A stretch of DNA of 57,114 nucleotides, the filler included, from Basidiobolus ranarum (taxonomy: Eukaryota), in NCBI GenBank assembly GCA_040143965.1. It is 7 parts of 7 records of this genome, joined end to end, with 100 filler letters (N's around TTAATTAATTAA, not from the genome) between each part and the next. Parts side by side here need not be neighbours in the genome. Positions count along the whole stretch, not along the records: positions 24,577 to 32,661 come from JASJQH010001024.1; positions 32,762 to 40,820 come from JASJQH010001026.1; 5 more parts are not named here. The stretch is one strand, 5' to 3'. Numbering within the stretch: position 1 is the first letter of the stretch; each line of letters begins with the position of its first letter. The translations under genes were made by a program, and so were the position numbers. Of the stretch, positions 24,577 to 37,600 are shown piece after piece. Below the pieces are notes generated by a model, which saw only the letters and a program-made list of their open reading frames with translations, had not been told where the DNA came from and ran no database searches.

Positions 24577-25620
24577 GCATCTTTCACAATGCTTAGAGAT
24601 TATAGGCTCTTGCTATACATTCTGGGAGTTCCCAATGGAGCGCACCTGCAGTGAAATGATGCTCTGTGTGAGATTGTCAGTATTACCATATGCTAATCTG
24701 ATTAAGAATGTATCAGCAAAATCAGTGATGGATGTAATGCAATGGGTTAAAGAGACTCCAGAGTATATTAACCTGCCAACAAAGGGCTCTTTTCAATATG
24801 CTCATGGGTTATTGCATTGTTTGAGCACAATTACACACAACAAAGCCCAATCCATGGACACAGAGTAAGTACCTTCATAATTGGACTAATTTGCTTGTGT
24901 GATAATCTGACAGTATTTTTAGGAAAGCTGCAAGATATACTTCTTGGTGAGATAGATGGAGATATGCAGTATTATCATTATAGCCATGGGGTAATCTATT
25001 CAAGCAAGACACATCTACTTGTGGCAGGACATTTGTTGACTGCAAGTTGGGGATATATTGGCTGAATTCTTTACAGAAATTTGCCAAGATCTAAGAGCTT
25101 ATTGTCATTGTGAATGGCAACAAGAGTCAAATATTTGCCAAGTGTCAGTGCCATTCAAAATTTCAGATGTTTAGCAATTTTTCCACTGTCAGTTTGCTGG
25201 TAAAGCATATTGATCTTGTTGAGTTATGTCTAATCAGTCAAATATGTGCATATGTAGAGACTAAACACCACAAGATTCTTGTATTTTTTGATTCTCATTA
25301 TGGCAGGAATACAAAGCCTAAAATATCTAAATAAAGGCATGAGTATTAATTCAAATTCCTACTGCAGTAAACCCAGTAATTTGCCATTCAAAGATTATAT
25401 TTTTGCAAAAATTGCTGGATATTGCATAACACACGCCAAATTTGAGGATCAATATTTTAACATGTATGAATACTGTTAAGATACCATCAAGAAACTGCCG
25501 TCACACCATCAAAATCCCTGGCAGAATGCAAGCCAGCAATATTGTGACGGTTCTCTGATGGTTTTGCTATTCCGGAGGGTGGATCCAATCCAGATCAAAT
25601 CAATTTTATTTTTGTTAGGG
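24577..25620 (+). mobile_element. CACTA/CMC transposon copy A (3' part), degenerate
   Basis: IGSCYTFWEFPMERTCSEMM..PYANL (Tnp2-type C-terminal motif); ends ATTTTTGTTAGGG. Confidence 0.85.
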
Positions 25621-26865
25621 TCTGCTGATGCATTTGACTCTGGAAATACAGGTCTTTGTAATGGTGTGAAGAATTTGGTAAGTGGCAGAGTAGGGCGTAA
25701 ACTCACAGCTCCTTGCTTTTCCCATAGGTTTACTAACTTCCTGATCCTTTAGTACTTTAGCTGCTTTTCTTACTTTTCTAAGTTGACAACTGCATAAGAT
25801 TCTGAAATGTCTCATGAATAGGCCTATACAAGCCCAATTACCATTTGCTTGCAAAAATCCAGGATAAGCCAAATTAAATAAGTTAAGATCCTTCTGAGTA
25901 ACACCTGGTTTTCATTATCAGTTTTTCAGTATTACCATATGCTAATCTCATTAACAATATTTCAGCAAAATCCATGATGTATGTAATACATTGGGTTAAG
26001 AAGACTCCAGAGGATATTGACCTTGCAACAAAGGGCTCTTTTCAATATGCTCACAGGTTTTTGCATTATTTGAGCACAATAACAGTAACAAAGCCCAATC
26101 CTTGGACACAGAGTAAGTACCTCTATAAATTTGACTAATTTGGTTGTGTGCTAATCTGACTGTATTTCTGAGAAAGCTGCAAGACAGACTTCTTGGTGAG
26201 ATAGATCAACATATGAATTATGATTGTTTTAGCCATGGTGTAATATATTTAAGCACTGACACATCTACTTGTGGCTGGACATATGTTGAATGCAAGTTGG
26301 GGATATTTGCGCTGAATGCTTTTTGCAAATCTGCCAAAATCCAAGAGCTTATTCTCATTGTGAATGGTAACAAGAGTCAGCTACTTGCAAAGTGTCATTA
26401 TATTCAAATTTCAGATGTTTAGTAATTTTTCCACCATTAGTTTGCTGGTAAGGCATATTGACATTGTTGAGTATGTCTCATCAGTCAATTATGTGCATAT
26501 GCTGACACTAAGCACAACAAGACTTTTATATTTTTTCATTCTCATGATGGCTGGAATACAAAGCCTAAATATTTTAATAAAGGCATGCATATTATTTTGA
26601 ATTCCTACAGCAGCAAACCCAGTAATTTGCAATTTGAAAATTAGATTTCTGCAAAAATTGCAGGAAATTAAATAATACAAGCCAAATATGAGGATCTATA
26701 TTTTAATATATATGACTACCTTCAAAATACCATCAACAAACTGCTATTGCACCATAAAGATCTCTGGCAGAGTGAAAGCTGCCAATATTGTGACAGCTCT
26801 CTGATGGCATTGCAATCCAGAAAGGTGGATTCAATATGGATCAAATCAATTTTTGTTTGATAGGG
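25621..26865 (+). mobile_element. CACTA/CMC transposon copy B, internally deleted
   Basis: 25621-25910 matches ~29205-29495 and 25925-26865 matches ~31257-32231; ends TTTGATAGGG. Confidence 0.85.
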
Positions 26866-27355
26866 AATACCATCAACTTTACAGTGAGTACTTTGGTATT
26901 GCCTCAATGAACTATATATGGATGATTTCATCAAGACTTTCAGATGGGGATCAAAGGTATATAAGCCAAATATGAACAATATTTACCTGATTTGGTGATT
27001 ATCCACTAGATGCAAACAGTACATGACTTCAGGTTTTTAACATCACTGGTGAAAGCCAAACAACCAATTGGAAATGAAGGTAGTCTAATTTCTGAAGGAT
27101 TTTAAGTCACACAATTGACAAGTGATTTCCACTTGTATCAGGTCTGTGGCAAGCAACATTTGTCAATCAACTGTGGTAAAAGTGTACAAAAACCAATAAA
27201 CACCTGATTTCTAAGATTGGATTGTACTCTCTACTCCTCAATAATCAAAGCAGCTTTCTTTACTGTAAGTGTTATGAGTAGACTTATGCCTGCCAATAAC
27301 AAAGAGATGGTGACAAAACTGTTGTATTCTTCTTCAACCTCTGATGTGCTACCAT
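26866..27355 (-). mobile_element. CACTA/CMC transposon copy E, internal fragment
   Basis: Reverse complement matches ~29700-30190. Confidence 0.8.
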
Positions 27356-28363
27356 TCCTAACTAGAATAAAATCAATTTGAACCATATTGTATCCATCAT
27401 TCTGAATTGCAAACCAGCAGAGAACCATAATAGTTTTGGTGGCTTGCATTCTGCCAGCAATCTGATGGTGTGATGGAGGCTTCTTGATGGTATTTTGATA
27501 GTATTTGTACATATTACGATGTTGATCCTCATATTTGACAAATGTTATTTAATTTCTGGTAATTTTTGCAAAAATAAAATTTTTGAATGGCCAATTACAG
27601 GGTTTGCTGCTGTAGGAATTCAAATTTGAATGCATGCCTGTATTTAGATATTTTGGCATTGTATTCCAGCCATAATAAAAATCAAAGCGTATATGAATCT
27701 TGTTGTGTTTAGTCTCTGCATATGCACTTACTTGATTTATCAGACACAACTCACAACATCAACATGCTTAAGCAGCAAACTAACGGTGGAAAAATTGCCA
27801 AACCACTGAGATTTTGAATAGCACTGACATTTGGCCAATAGCTGACTCTTGTTACCATTCATAGTGAGAATAAGCTCTTGGATTTTGGCAAATTTCAAAA
27901 AAAATCAGCCCAAATGTCCCCAACTTGCAGTCAGCAACTGTCCTGCCTCAAGTAGATATGTCATTGCCTGAATAGATTACCCCATGGCTAAAACAATAAT
28001 ACTGAATATTCTGATCTTTTTCACCAAAAAGTCTGTTTTACAGCTTTCCTAGAAATACAGTCAGATTGACACACAAATTAGTTAGTCTAAATTATAGAGA
28101 TACTTACTCTGTATCCAAGTATGGTGCTTTGTTGCTGTTATTGAGCTCAAACAATGTAAAAACCCAGGAGCACTTTAAAAATAGCCCATTGTTGGGTGGT
28201 TAATATACTCCGGAGTTCCCTTGACCCATTGCATTACATCCATCACAGATCTTGCTAATAAATTGTTAGTCAGATTAGCATGCAGTAATACTGATATTTT
28301 CACATGGAGCATTGTTTCACCACAAATCCACTCCATTGAGAACTCCCAGAATATATAGCAAGG
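27356..28363 (-). mobile_element. CACTA/CMC transposon copy C (3' part), interrupted by copy D
   Basis: Reverse complement of the copy A region; terminus TCCTAACTAGAATAAAATCAA at 27356. Confidence 0.85.
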
Positions 28364-31300
28364 TCCTAACAGAAATTTGAGGATTATTATTGTAGGAAAA
28401 CTGTCCCAATTTTAATCCATTAGGGATTGACTGTTTACTTACCATCATAAAATCCTCCAGTTAGATTTGATTTTTAACAATTTTTTCAGTTTCAGGAGTG
28501 AAATTTCAAGATCTTGCAAAATAGAGGCACATGAGTTGCTGCAATCTCAGAGAACTATGGAGCAACTTATGTGCAAAAAATATAATGCAAATTTTACACA
28601 TTTGCCACTTGAATGGTAATTTGTCACCTTTGAAATCCCTAGTTTCTTTGATATATTCTTCTAATTATCTATAGAGTTCTTCATAACTAATGTTTAGCTC
28701 ATGTCCAACACAATTATGTATTAATATCTCCATTAAAGCCCACCATTGTATTAGCACTGCCAAATCAGCATTCTTCCAGCTATCTGCAGATACCCTGCAA
28801 TATTGTGCCACTGTGCCATAGGTTCTTCCCATATTTCTGCATGTTTGACACCAGACTGAATGTCTATTTGAATGTTCCTCTTCTGAAGCCACTTTCTGCA
28901 TACTTGCACTGCATTCTTCCATTCATACTTTTGAAAATACTCCCCAAGCACATTGACTATTTTTATACATCCTTGTAGTTTCACTCTACTGAGGGTGCTT
29001 TGTGGTGTTTATGCAGCTTTTTGCTTGCATTTAACTTCAGGGCTAATTTTAACACTTTGAAAAGTACCTGTTGAATTTGGGGAGCCATGAGTTTCAATTG
29101 CTGGTGTTTTGGCTTGTTGCAAGGTGCCAGGTGTTGTATTCACTTTCAAATTTAGCACTCTTCCAACTGGTGTACCCGGTTCCATGGTGAAATTAAGCAT
29201 TTTTGCCAGTATATCTGACTCTGGAATTGCAGATCTTTGTAATGGTGTGAAGAATCTAGTAAGTTGGCCAGTAGAGCCTAAGTTCACTGGCTCCTTTGCT
29301 CTTGCCTTAGGTTTACTAACTTCCTGCTCCTCAAGTACTTCTTTAGCTGTTTTCTTTCTTTTCCAAGTCAATAAGTGCATTCATTTTTTAAATGTTTCAT
29401 TAATAGGCCCATACTAGCCCAATTGCATTTGCTTGTAAAAACCCTGGATTAGCCACAGGAAATAAGTCAAGAACCTTGAGAGTAACCCCTGGTTTGTAGT
29501 TTGGTCATGATAGGCTCAAATCTGGGTGATTTTAGGCAAGATTCCACACAGTTTCCACTGCCAAAAATCAAGATACTGTGGAATTACCACAGTTATTTGA
29601 CCAGAATGATGTAGGTAAAAATGAAACTTTGGTCAAACCAGTAAGTCCAGATAACTTTGACGGCAGGCTACTAGATGTTGACCTTGTTATTATAGTACTA
29701 ATGGTAGCATATCAGAAGTTGAAGAAGAAGACAATGGCTTTGTTATGGACTCTTTGTTATTGGCAAACATTAGTCCACTAATAATACTTATAGTAAAGGA
29801 AGCAACTTTGATTACTGAGGAGTAGAGAGTACAGTCCAATCTTAGCAACCAGGTGTTTATTGGTTTTCTTACACATTTACCACAGTTGATTGGCAATTGT
29901 TGCTTGCCACAAACCTGGTACAAGTGAAAGCACTTGTCAATTGTATGACTTATAATCCTTCAGTAATTTAACTACCTTCATCTCCAAATGGTTGCGTGGG
30001 TTTCACTGGTGATCTGGAAAACCAGAAGTCATGTACTGTTTGTGCACAATTGTCTATCACTGAATCAGGTAAATATTGCTCATATTTGGCTTACATACCA
30101 TTGATTCCCCATTGTAATGTTTTGATGAAATCACCCAAATACAGGTCATTGGTCTAATACCAAAGTATTCACCATGAAGCTGACGGTATTACTGATATAC
30201 TTGATGGATATCACTACCAGAATATGAAATGTCAAGGTTTCTTTCAGAACATGTATGATCAAGCATTTGCATAGGCTCTGGATGATTTCACACTAAGCAA
30301 ATATACTCCTGGACAGGCTTGCTTACCAATTATTTAATTGACTTAAATCTTCCTCCTTCTGAACAGTGTAAGAGTCATGATATATTGATATTAGCTATCA
30401 TATCTGGACCTGAAACACCAGTGCCCATAGATAGCTTCTCAGAGCCTTTGCTTGTGGAATTTGAATGTTTATCTAATGGGGTTCAGATGGGAGAATATTT
30501 TATCAAAGCTAATATTATTGTTTGTATTGCTGATGCTCCTGCCATCAGTAAACTTGGAGGTTTTCATGGGCACCATGCATTTCTTGGTGTGGATTTGTCA
30601 AATCAATGATGTTTACTCTATCATGCATACACATTACTACTATCCAAATATAAAACCAAACTTGTTGATTTTACCATCAAGAGCCTGGTCAAAGCCAGAA
30701 CTTTCCATGAGACACCATGCACTTGCTATTCAATAACAATACAACACTACTTGCTTGGCTGTATATGGGAATATTCAATATGAATGAGCCATTTGAGATA
30801 GGATCAAAGTTGGATTCAATTGGGAAATGCTTGAAAATGTCAAGATACCATCATATATTACTTGTACTCCCATCAATATCCACTCATCTAGGCATTTATT
30901 CAATTGCAATAATTAGAAGCATTGGATTTGTACATATTCAAGTGGAATCTTGAAAATACATCTGCCTGATAAATGTAGGCAGCATTGCAAGTTGTTTCTT
31001 AATATTGTTAATATATTCTTATGGCATCAACTAACATTGGCAGATCTTAGGCAGATACAGCAACTGTGCAAAGATTTTGTATTCAAATATGAAAAACTTT
31101 ATTAAAGATTTAAAGAAGATAGACTGAATCTATGCTGGTATTCAATATATTCCCTACTACATTTTTCACAATGCTTAGTGAAAATAAGGGCTTGATATAC
31201 ATTCTGGGAGTTTGCAATGAGGCACTGCCATGAGAAAATGATGCTCCATGTGAAATTGTCAGTATCACTGTATGCTAATCTGATTAACAATGTATTAGCA

Positions 31301-32231
31301 AAATCTGGGATGGATGTAATGCAATGGGTTAAGGAGACTCCTGAGTAAATTAGCCCTTCAACAAAGGGCTACTTTCAATATGCCCATGGGATTTGCATTG
31401 TTTGAGCACAATAACAACAACAAAGCCAAATCCATGGACACTGAGTCAGTACCTCTATAATACTTGGACTAATTTATTTGTGTGATAATCTGATGGCATT
31501 TCTACTAAAGCTGCAAGACAGGCTTCTTAGTAAGATAGATCGGGATAAGCAGTATTGTTGTTTTAGCCTTGGGGTAATCTATTCAAGTATTGACATATTT
31601 ACCTGTGGTAGGACATATGTTGACTGCAAGTTGGGTATATATTGGCTCAATTCTTTACACAAATTTGTAACTATTGGCTGCATTCTTTACTGAAATTGAC
31701 CAAAATCCAAGAGCTTACTCTCATTGTGAATGGTTACAAGAGTCAGCTATTTGCAAAGTGTTGGGGCTATTTAAAATTGCAGATGTTTAGCATTTTTTCA
31801 TCATTAATTTGCTGGTAAAGCATATTGTTGTTGTTGAGTTACATCTGATCAGTCAAGAATGTGCATATGTAAAGGCTCAACACAATGAGATTCTTGTATT
31901 TTTTGACTCTTATTATGGCTGGAATATATGGTTAAAAATATCTAAACAAAGGCATGAATGTTGATTTGGACTCATACAGCATCAAACCCAGTAATTTGCC
32001 ATTTAAAAATTAGATTGTTGCAAAAATTGCCAAAAAAATAAATAACACATGCCAAATACGGGGATCAATATTTTAAAATTTTTTAATAGCATCAAATACT
32101 GACAAGAAGCCATGGTCACATCATGAAAATCCCTGGCAGAATGCAAGCCGCCAATAGTTTGATGGTTGTTGGATGGTTTTGCAATCTAGAAGGATTTAAT
32201 CCAGATGAAATTGATTTTGTTTTTGTCAGGT
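28364..32231 (+). mobile_element. CACTA/CMC transposon copy D, apparently end-to-end (3868 bp), with Tnp2-family transposase pseudogene (~29700-32100, +) and a divergent second pseudo-ORF (~28600-29500, -)
   Basis: Transposase motifs PNGCVGFTG..CTVC, ALDDF, LNLPPSEQCKSHDILILAIISGPETP..DSFSEPLLVEFECLSNGV..CIADAPAISKLGGFHGH, YEKLY, LLHF..FWEFAM, YANL; ends TCCTAACAGAAAT / TTTTTGTCAGGT; flanked by AAGG on both sides. Confidence 0.85.
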
Positions 32232-32661
32232 AAGGGCCTATAATCTTGAAGCAATGAGAAAGATGAAACAGGCAATTTATTAAAAACAGGTATAGATTCA
32301 GTCTATCTCCTTTAAACCTGTAATAAAGTTTTTCATAACCAATTGCAAAATCTTTGCATAGTTGTTGTATCTGCTTGGGATCTGCCAATGTGAATTGATG
32401 CCATAAGAATATATCATCAACATCCTCAAGCAATCCTGATGTTGCTAATACTTATCAGGTAGAAGTCTTTGTAAGACTCCACTGGAACATGTACCAATCC
32501 AATATTTCCAGTTGTTGCATTTGAATAAATGCCTAGATGAGTGTATATTCTGATAAAAGTGTTTAGGGGATTTGGAAGTGTTTTGGACAAGATTTGGATT
32601 TGTGAATTAGACACTTAAGTTTTATTAAATTGAATATGTCCTATTTATAGTTTACTATGAA
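32232..32661 (-). mobile_element. Continuation of transposon copy C beyond the copy D insertion
   Basis: LADPKQIQQLCKDFAIGYEKLYYRFKGDRLNL..LFHLSHCFKIIGP joins directly to the YIFWEFSME segment at 28363. Confidence 0.85.
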
Positions 32662-32761
32662 NNNNNNNNNNNNNNNNNNNNNNNNNNNNNNNNNNNNNNN
32701 NNNNNTTAATTAATTAANNNNNNNNNNNNNNNNNNNNNNNNNNNNNNNNNNNNNNNNNNNN
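32662..32761. other. Artificial contig spacer
   Basis: N44-TTAATTAATTAA-N44. Confidence 0.99.
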
Positions 32762-32813
32762 AAATTGTGTAGGGGTAGTGGTATGGATAGTTGAGGTGAT
32801 CCTATGATGACCC

Positions 32814-34625
32814 TTAAGATTGAGACTGTTTAACTGTTTGTGGCAAACTGATGCGTTGTGAGCCACTACTGGTATCATTGTCATATCCATTGGGATTATA
32901 TTGTGAACCAGTACTTTCATACAGATTCTCTGTTTCACTCTCTGGTGGGCTCAGTGTCTCGAGTAATAATCCTAGGGATTCCTGATTTAACGAAGGCGTA
33001 GTAACTGGTCGATCATGGGATTGTCGATTCCCATGAAATGATCCCAAATATCCATCTTGGCCTTTGTTACTGTTGGGATTAGCCTCTTGTTGCCGGAATT
33101 GGTCGGAATCTGGAAGCTTAATACGTTTGCTCATGGATGACGGCATGTCACAGTGGAAATTTGAGTTCGACTGGGTGATGGAGGGAGAGGGGAGTGAACT
33201 AGGGGATAGAGTAAGAGGGGAAGGGAATGTAGCAAAATTTCGACCATGTGGATTAGCTGTTGTTCTCCCGAAAGTGCCATTAGTATAGTTGGGGGCTTGA
33301 CAACCTTCCTCCAGGTCATCGTACTCTCTTTTTCGGAAATTTGGTTGCCCCTTTCCTGTGGCTTCATACCCTCGCGAGCTTGGCTCGGCTGGAGGCACAA
33401 ATTCAGTGCCTAAAATCTTGGTATAACTACCAGGAGGAACGTTGGGGGAATTGTGGGCGGAAGCAGAGTCTTCGTTTTCTCCAGTCGTCGTATGTGCTGG
33501 AGGTGTTTCGAGCTCATTGTTCATATTAGGACTAGATCCCATCGGTGGATGTCCTTGGGATGCATACAAATGTGGGCTATTCATAGATAAGTGGGTCATA
33601 CCACCATCATAGGCTACCTGTGGCTTTGGTGGAAGACTAGGCGAACTTAGGTTGTTTGTATATTGATGAGCATTAGATACATTGGGCATTTGGGGACTGC
33701 CAGCATTTGGTGGGCAATGAGGATTATATTGGAAAGGGGATGGATCTTCAGCGAACAGAGGATAAAGAATATCAGCGATCTTGAATTGAGCTGCTAACGC
33801 CTTGGCTCTCTGGAAGGTAATCCTAATGAAATGATCCAAGAATTATCAATAAAATGAGAGACATTCAGTCAAAGTTCCAATCCTGAAGTCACTTACCATA
33901 CACCTTTTAAGTGCATAGCACCCACTTTAACCACTACCCTTCCTTTTTCATTCTTCAGAATACCATCACGTTTGCCTCTAGACATTCCGGTAACATTAAG
34001 AAGCTTAGTTCCATTGACCATATCATTATCTGTTATTGTAAAATTAGATTATATCTTAATGATAACTGAAACTTAAATTCTCACCTTGTCGACGGGCGAC
34101 GCAAATTCCTTTGGCGTCAATTTGATAGCAGACAGTATTTTCATCCTCCCAAAGAGTGGTAGTAAGCTTTGGTCGAGATTGGTTAGCAAAACCCATGCCT
34201 GCAAGTCCTAGCCACGAATTGTTCATTCCCGCAGGAAGCATGGAGCTAGCCCATGAAGTTGTTGGTGACCAAGGGCTCGCATGAAAGCCCATTCTAGGCG
34301 AATCGGCCATAGAAGGATGAGAGTAAAGTTGTGGAGACTGTGTGGGAGTACCTCCTCCGTAATATGATTCCTGTACAGGTAGATTAATTGGCAGAGAGTG
34401 ACCAAAGGTATTCGGCGAGTTCACGCCAATGAATGGGTTGTTAGAGGCAGGTGATTGGAAACTTGAAGAGTATGGGGAAAAATATGGACTGGGTGCAGGT
34501 GAACCAAAAGAAGTTGCAGTATGGTCCGGCCCACCACCATTGTCGCGCTCTACAGTGTTGGGGGGACTCCCACTAATAAAGTGTGAAACTTGGGTTGGTG
34601 AGGAAAACGGGAAAGGTGAAGACAT
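32814..34625 (-). CDS. stuA: APSES-domain transcription factor, StuA/Efg1/Phd1/Sok2 subfamily; join(34085..34625,33897..34029,32814..33822)
   Basis: Spliced domain [87 protein letters not shown]; two in-frame GT-AG introns. Confidence 0.95.
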
Positions 34626-37600
34626 GATGTAAATGATCGTTTGATGTTTTCAAGTATTTTAACGTGTGGCACTCTATGTGATCAATACAAAATCTAGCTA
34701 CACAGGGCAGTAATAAATAGGAAGGATCAACCCAGCTGAAAGGGTTGTTAACAAAGATTTAAACGCAGGGAAGAAATAATTAATGGTCAGTTCAATTTAA
34801 CGGTAGTAATTGGGATGCTTCAGTAAAGAGATGAGACTGAGTAATAATGGATTCTGTAAGGGAGTTGGAACCATCTTAAATAGAAAGCGCTTGAGGAGAA
34901 CAATATATTCGCCAATTAATTCACTTTTTCAGAATCCAACCTAAATCCAAATAATCGCTGACCAAAGGGATAAGGGGTGCAATTTTCGTTTCCCCCTTTT
35001 TTGAGATTCCAATGGATCCGGAGCCCCTTTTCTCGGATCCGATCCTCCAAGAGGTACTTGCTAATGGTTGCTGAAATTGAAGAACCTGTCTTAAATCTTA
35101 CCAAGTGTATTTAATGAAAGTCTTGGATCTCGTTCTTTGCATTACAAAAGATGACCGTTTTCTCGATCATGGTTTGAAGCATCTTACAACTTGAGCTTAC
35201 CAATATCTCCCATGATTCCCAAGTTCTGCCACTCATGTGTCGTCAAAGAATTCAACATAGATTTCACTGAGGTGGGCTGTCAGTTTCTGCTGTGCAAATG
35301 TGGCATTTTCTTCAAACCTCCTCTCGATGAAATGTGGGAATCGCTAGGATTTGGGATATTAGTTGGATTGAGATGTATCATGTAGCCCCCATACCCCTTA
35401 AAATGTAAGTGTATGTGAAGATGAAGATGAGCAAAATCCCAGCGATCAATGAGTAACGTGGATATCACAATCCTTACCAAAATGCATTCTTGAGCTAGTT
35501 TGGCTCTTCTCGAAAGCAGACCTTACGGATAGTGCTTGAGTCTTTTGGTGACACCTTCCAGATGATTGTCGTGTTAGTAACACTGTAGGCGACTGGGCCT
35601 CTGTTGGCACATGATTGAAAGTTCCTTGGCGAACAGCAGTGTCCCATCAGAGTGGATAAACGACTCGAAATGTCACCTATGTTTCGACGAATATTGTGTT
35701 GGTTTCAGCCGCTTAATTGAGTCTCCCAAGTACTCCATACATTCGTTTCTACAACCTTTCTCCTGATCGTCATCGTCGGTCAGCCATGTGGCATTATTTT
35801 GTGGCTTGGATTCGACTAACCATGGGTGTGTTGGTAAGGATTACTGAGATCACACTACACCTCGATGAATTTATTGAAGCAGGATGAAAAGTTAAATTTC
35901 CCACTACCACTTTTGGACAGTGTTCAGGAACTGGTCAATGATTGAGTGAGAGTAGTAACTATTAGCTCAATGGATTTGTTTACTACAGATCGTATAGTAA
36001 GCAACTAAAAACCGCTTAATTGCTGAATGATCAGTGACTAACTCTCAGCCAATGGGCATGCGGTACATATCTGCATTGGAGATATGAACCTGGCCGAAAT
36101 CAGGAGTAATCATGACATACTGATAAGCTCAGTCTTGAAAGCTCACTTGGTAACTATGTCCGATCAATGGGCCAATGGACTTGGCGTACTTCAGTTTCCT
36201 ACGCGAGCGACAATCCAGCAAACTCTGATTCTAAGAAAGTATTACTTCTGTTTATAGTGAGGTCAATGGAGCATTCTCAATTATGAATGGCTGTTGCATG
36301 GACAGCACAAGTGCAAACGAGGATATGGACTGTGAGCAGAAAGGTCTCGGTGTACCCCATAGCTCGGATACGGATGTCTGAGGGAGAGTGGCAATGTCTT
36401 TTGCTGACGGAGCAGCTGAAGAACAAAGACCTTTTACAGATATTGCTATAGATGTATATTGCTTGTGGGCATACATTCGAAGGTTAGAAGCAGTAAGCAG
36501 AACCCCTTACTTACAACCCAAGCTGGTACCTCAAAAGGATTGGTCGCAGGTAGACGAGCTAATACTTGCACATATGCTGCATTGGAAGCTAAGTTCATCA
36601 ATGATCACTCAACCAGATATGGAGCAGATCGAAGGGAATGAAATCCAGACTTTAATTAAAGGGTTCAAAAACCAATCCCTCACTCTGAGTTTCGAACCAA
36701 TGTGGTGTTGCGAGTATTATGAGGCTCAGTGTATAAACCACCCTAAATTCACGTAAAGTATTCCCCCAGACTTTAATTGGATTCACTTGAATCAAGAGCG
36801 AATCTTTAATATAGCTGTGACTAACAGAAACATAAGCCACCAAAGCAGTATTATCAATCTAACCATTCATGTTTAACACGGGTTTGAACCAAAGTGCCTT
36901 CAGATAGCCTGGGAATCACCCAAGTACATAATCCATACCCATTCCCGCCCAACTGATGTCTATCAAGAAATCTACTGCTCACCCGCTTGGACTCAGCAAT
37001 GTAGACAACCACCACTCCACGATGGAGGAGCGACCTATGATAAGAGTGGGATGCTAGTGTCATCTCGCATACATAAGTTCATAGACTTGCAACAGGAAAA
37101 CCTAAGCTTTTTCGCGACCATTGAGCACCGTTGTAGACAGTGATTCGTCTTTTGCAGCCCACATCCTCTACCAGGCCCAATCAATGGCTCAGATAACATA
37201 CTAGTTGCGTCATGTTTACAATTGCTGGTTGATTTTCCGTAATATTATAGATGGTCATGGTTGGGGTGCACAGATTTCTGCAAAGATGTAGGTGTGACAA
37301 CAAGATTGCTCTCAGCTCCAAGTCAAGGTTTCTCAGAGTAAAGGGTGGATCACATGAGGTATAAAAGGTAGCCAATGACTGTCTCTACCATGCCTAATTC
37401 GATCCAATACACAAAGGCTTCTCAGTCCAGTTCCAAGTTCAATTCGTGATTGATCGCTATTACAACTCAGCAATGGTATTACTGGAGTTCATGCTACTGA
37501 GACTCATTTCAGTCCACATTCTTCTATTTCCGATGTTATCAAACCGGAAATTACTAGAACTCCCAGAACCAATATACACCAAGTGGATACCGGTGCTACC

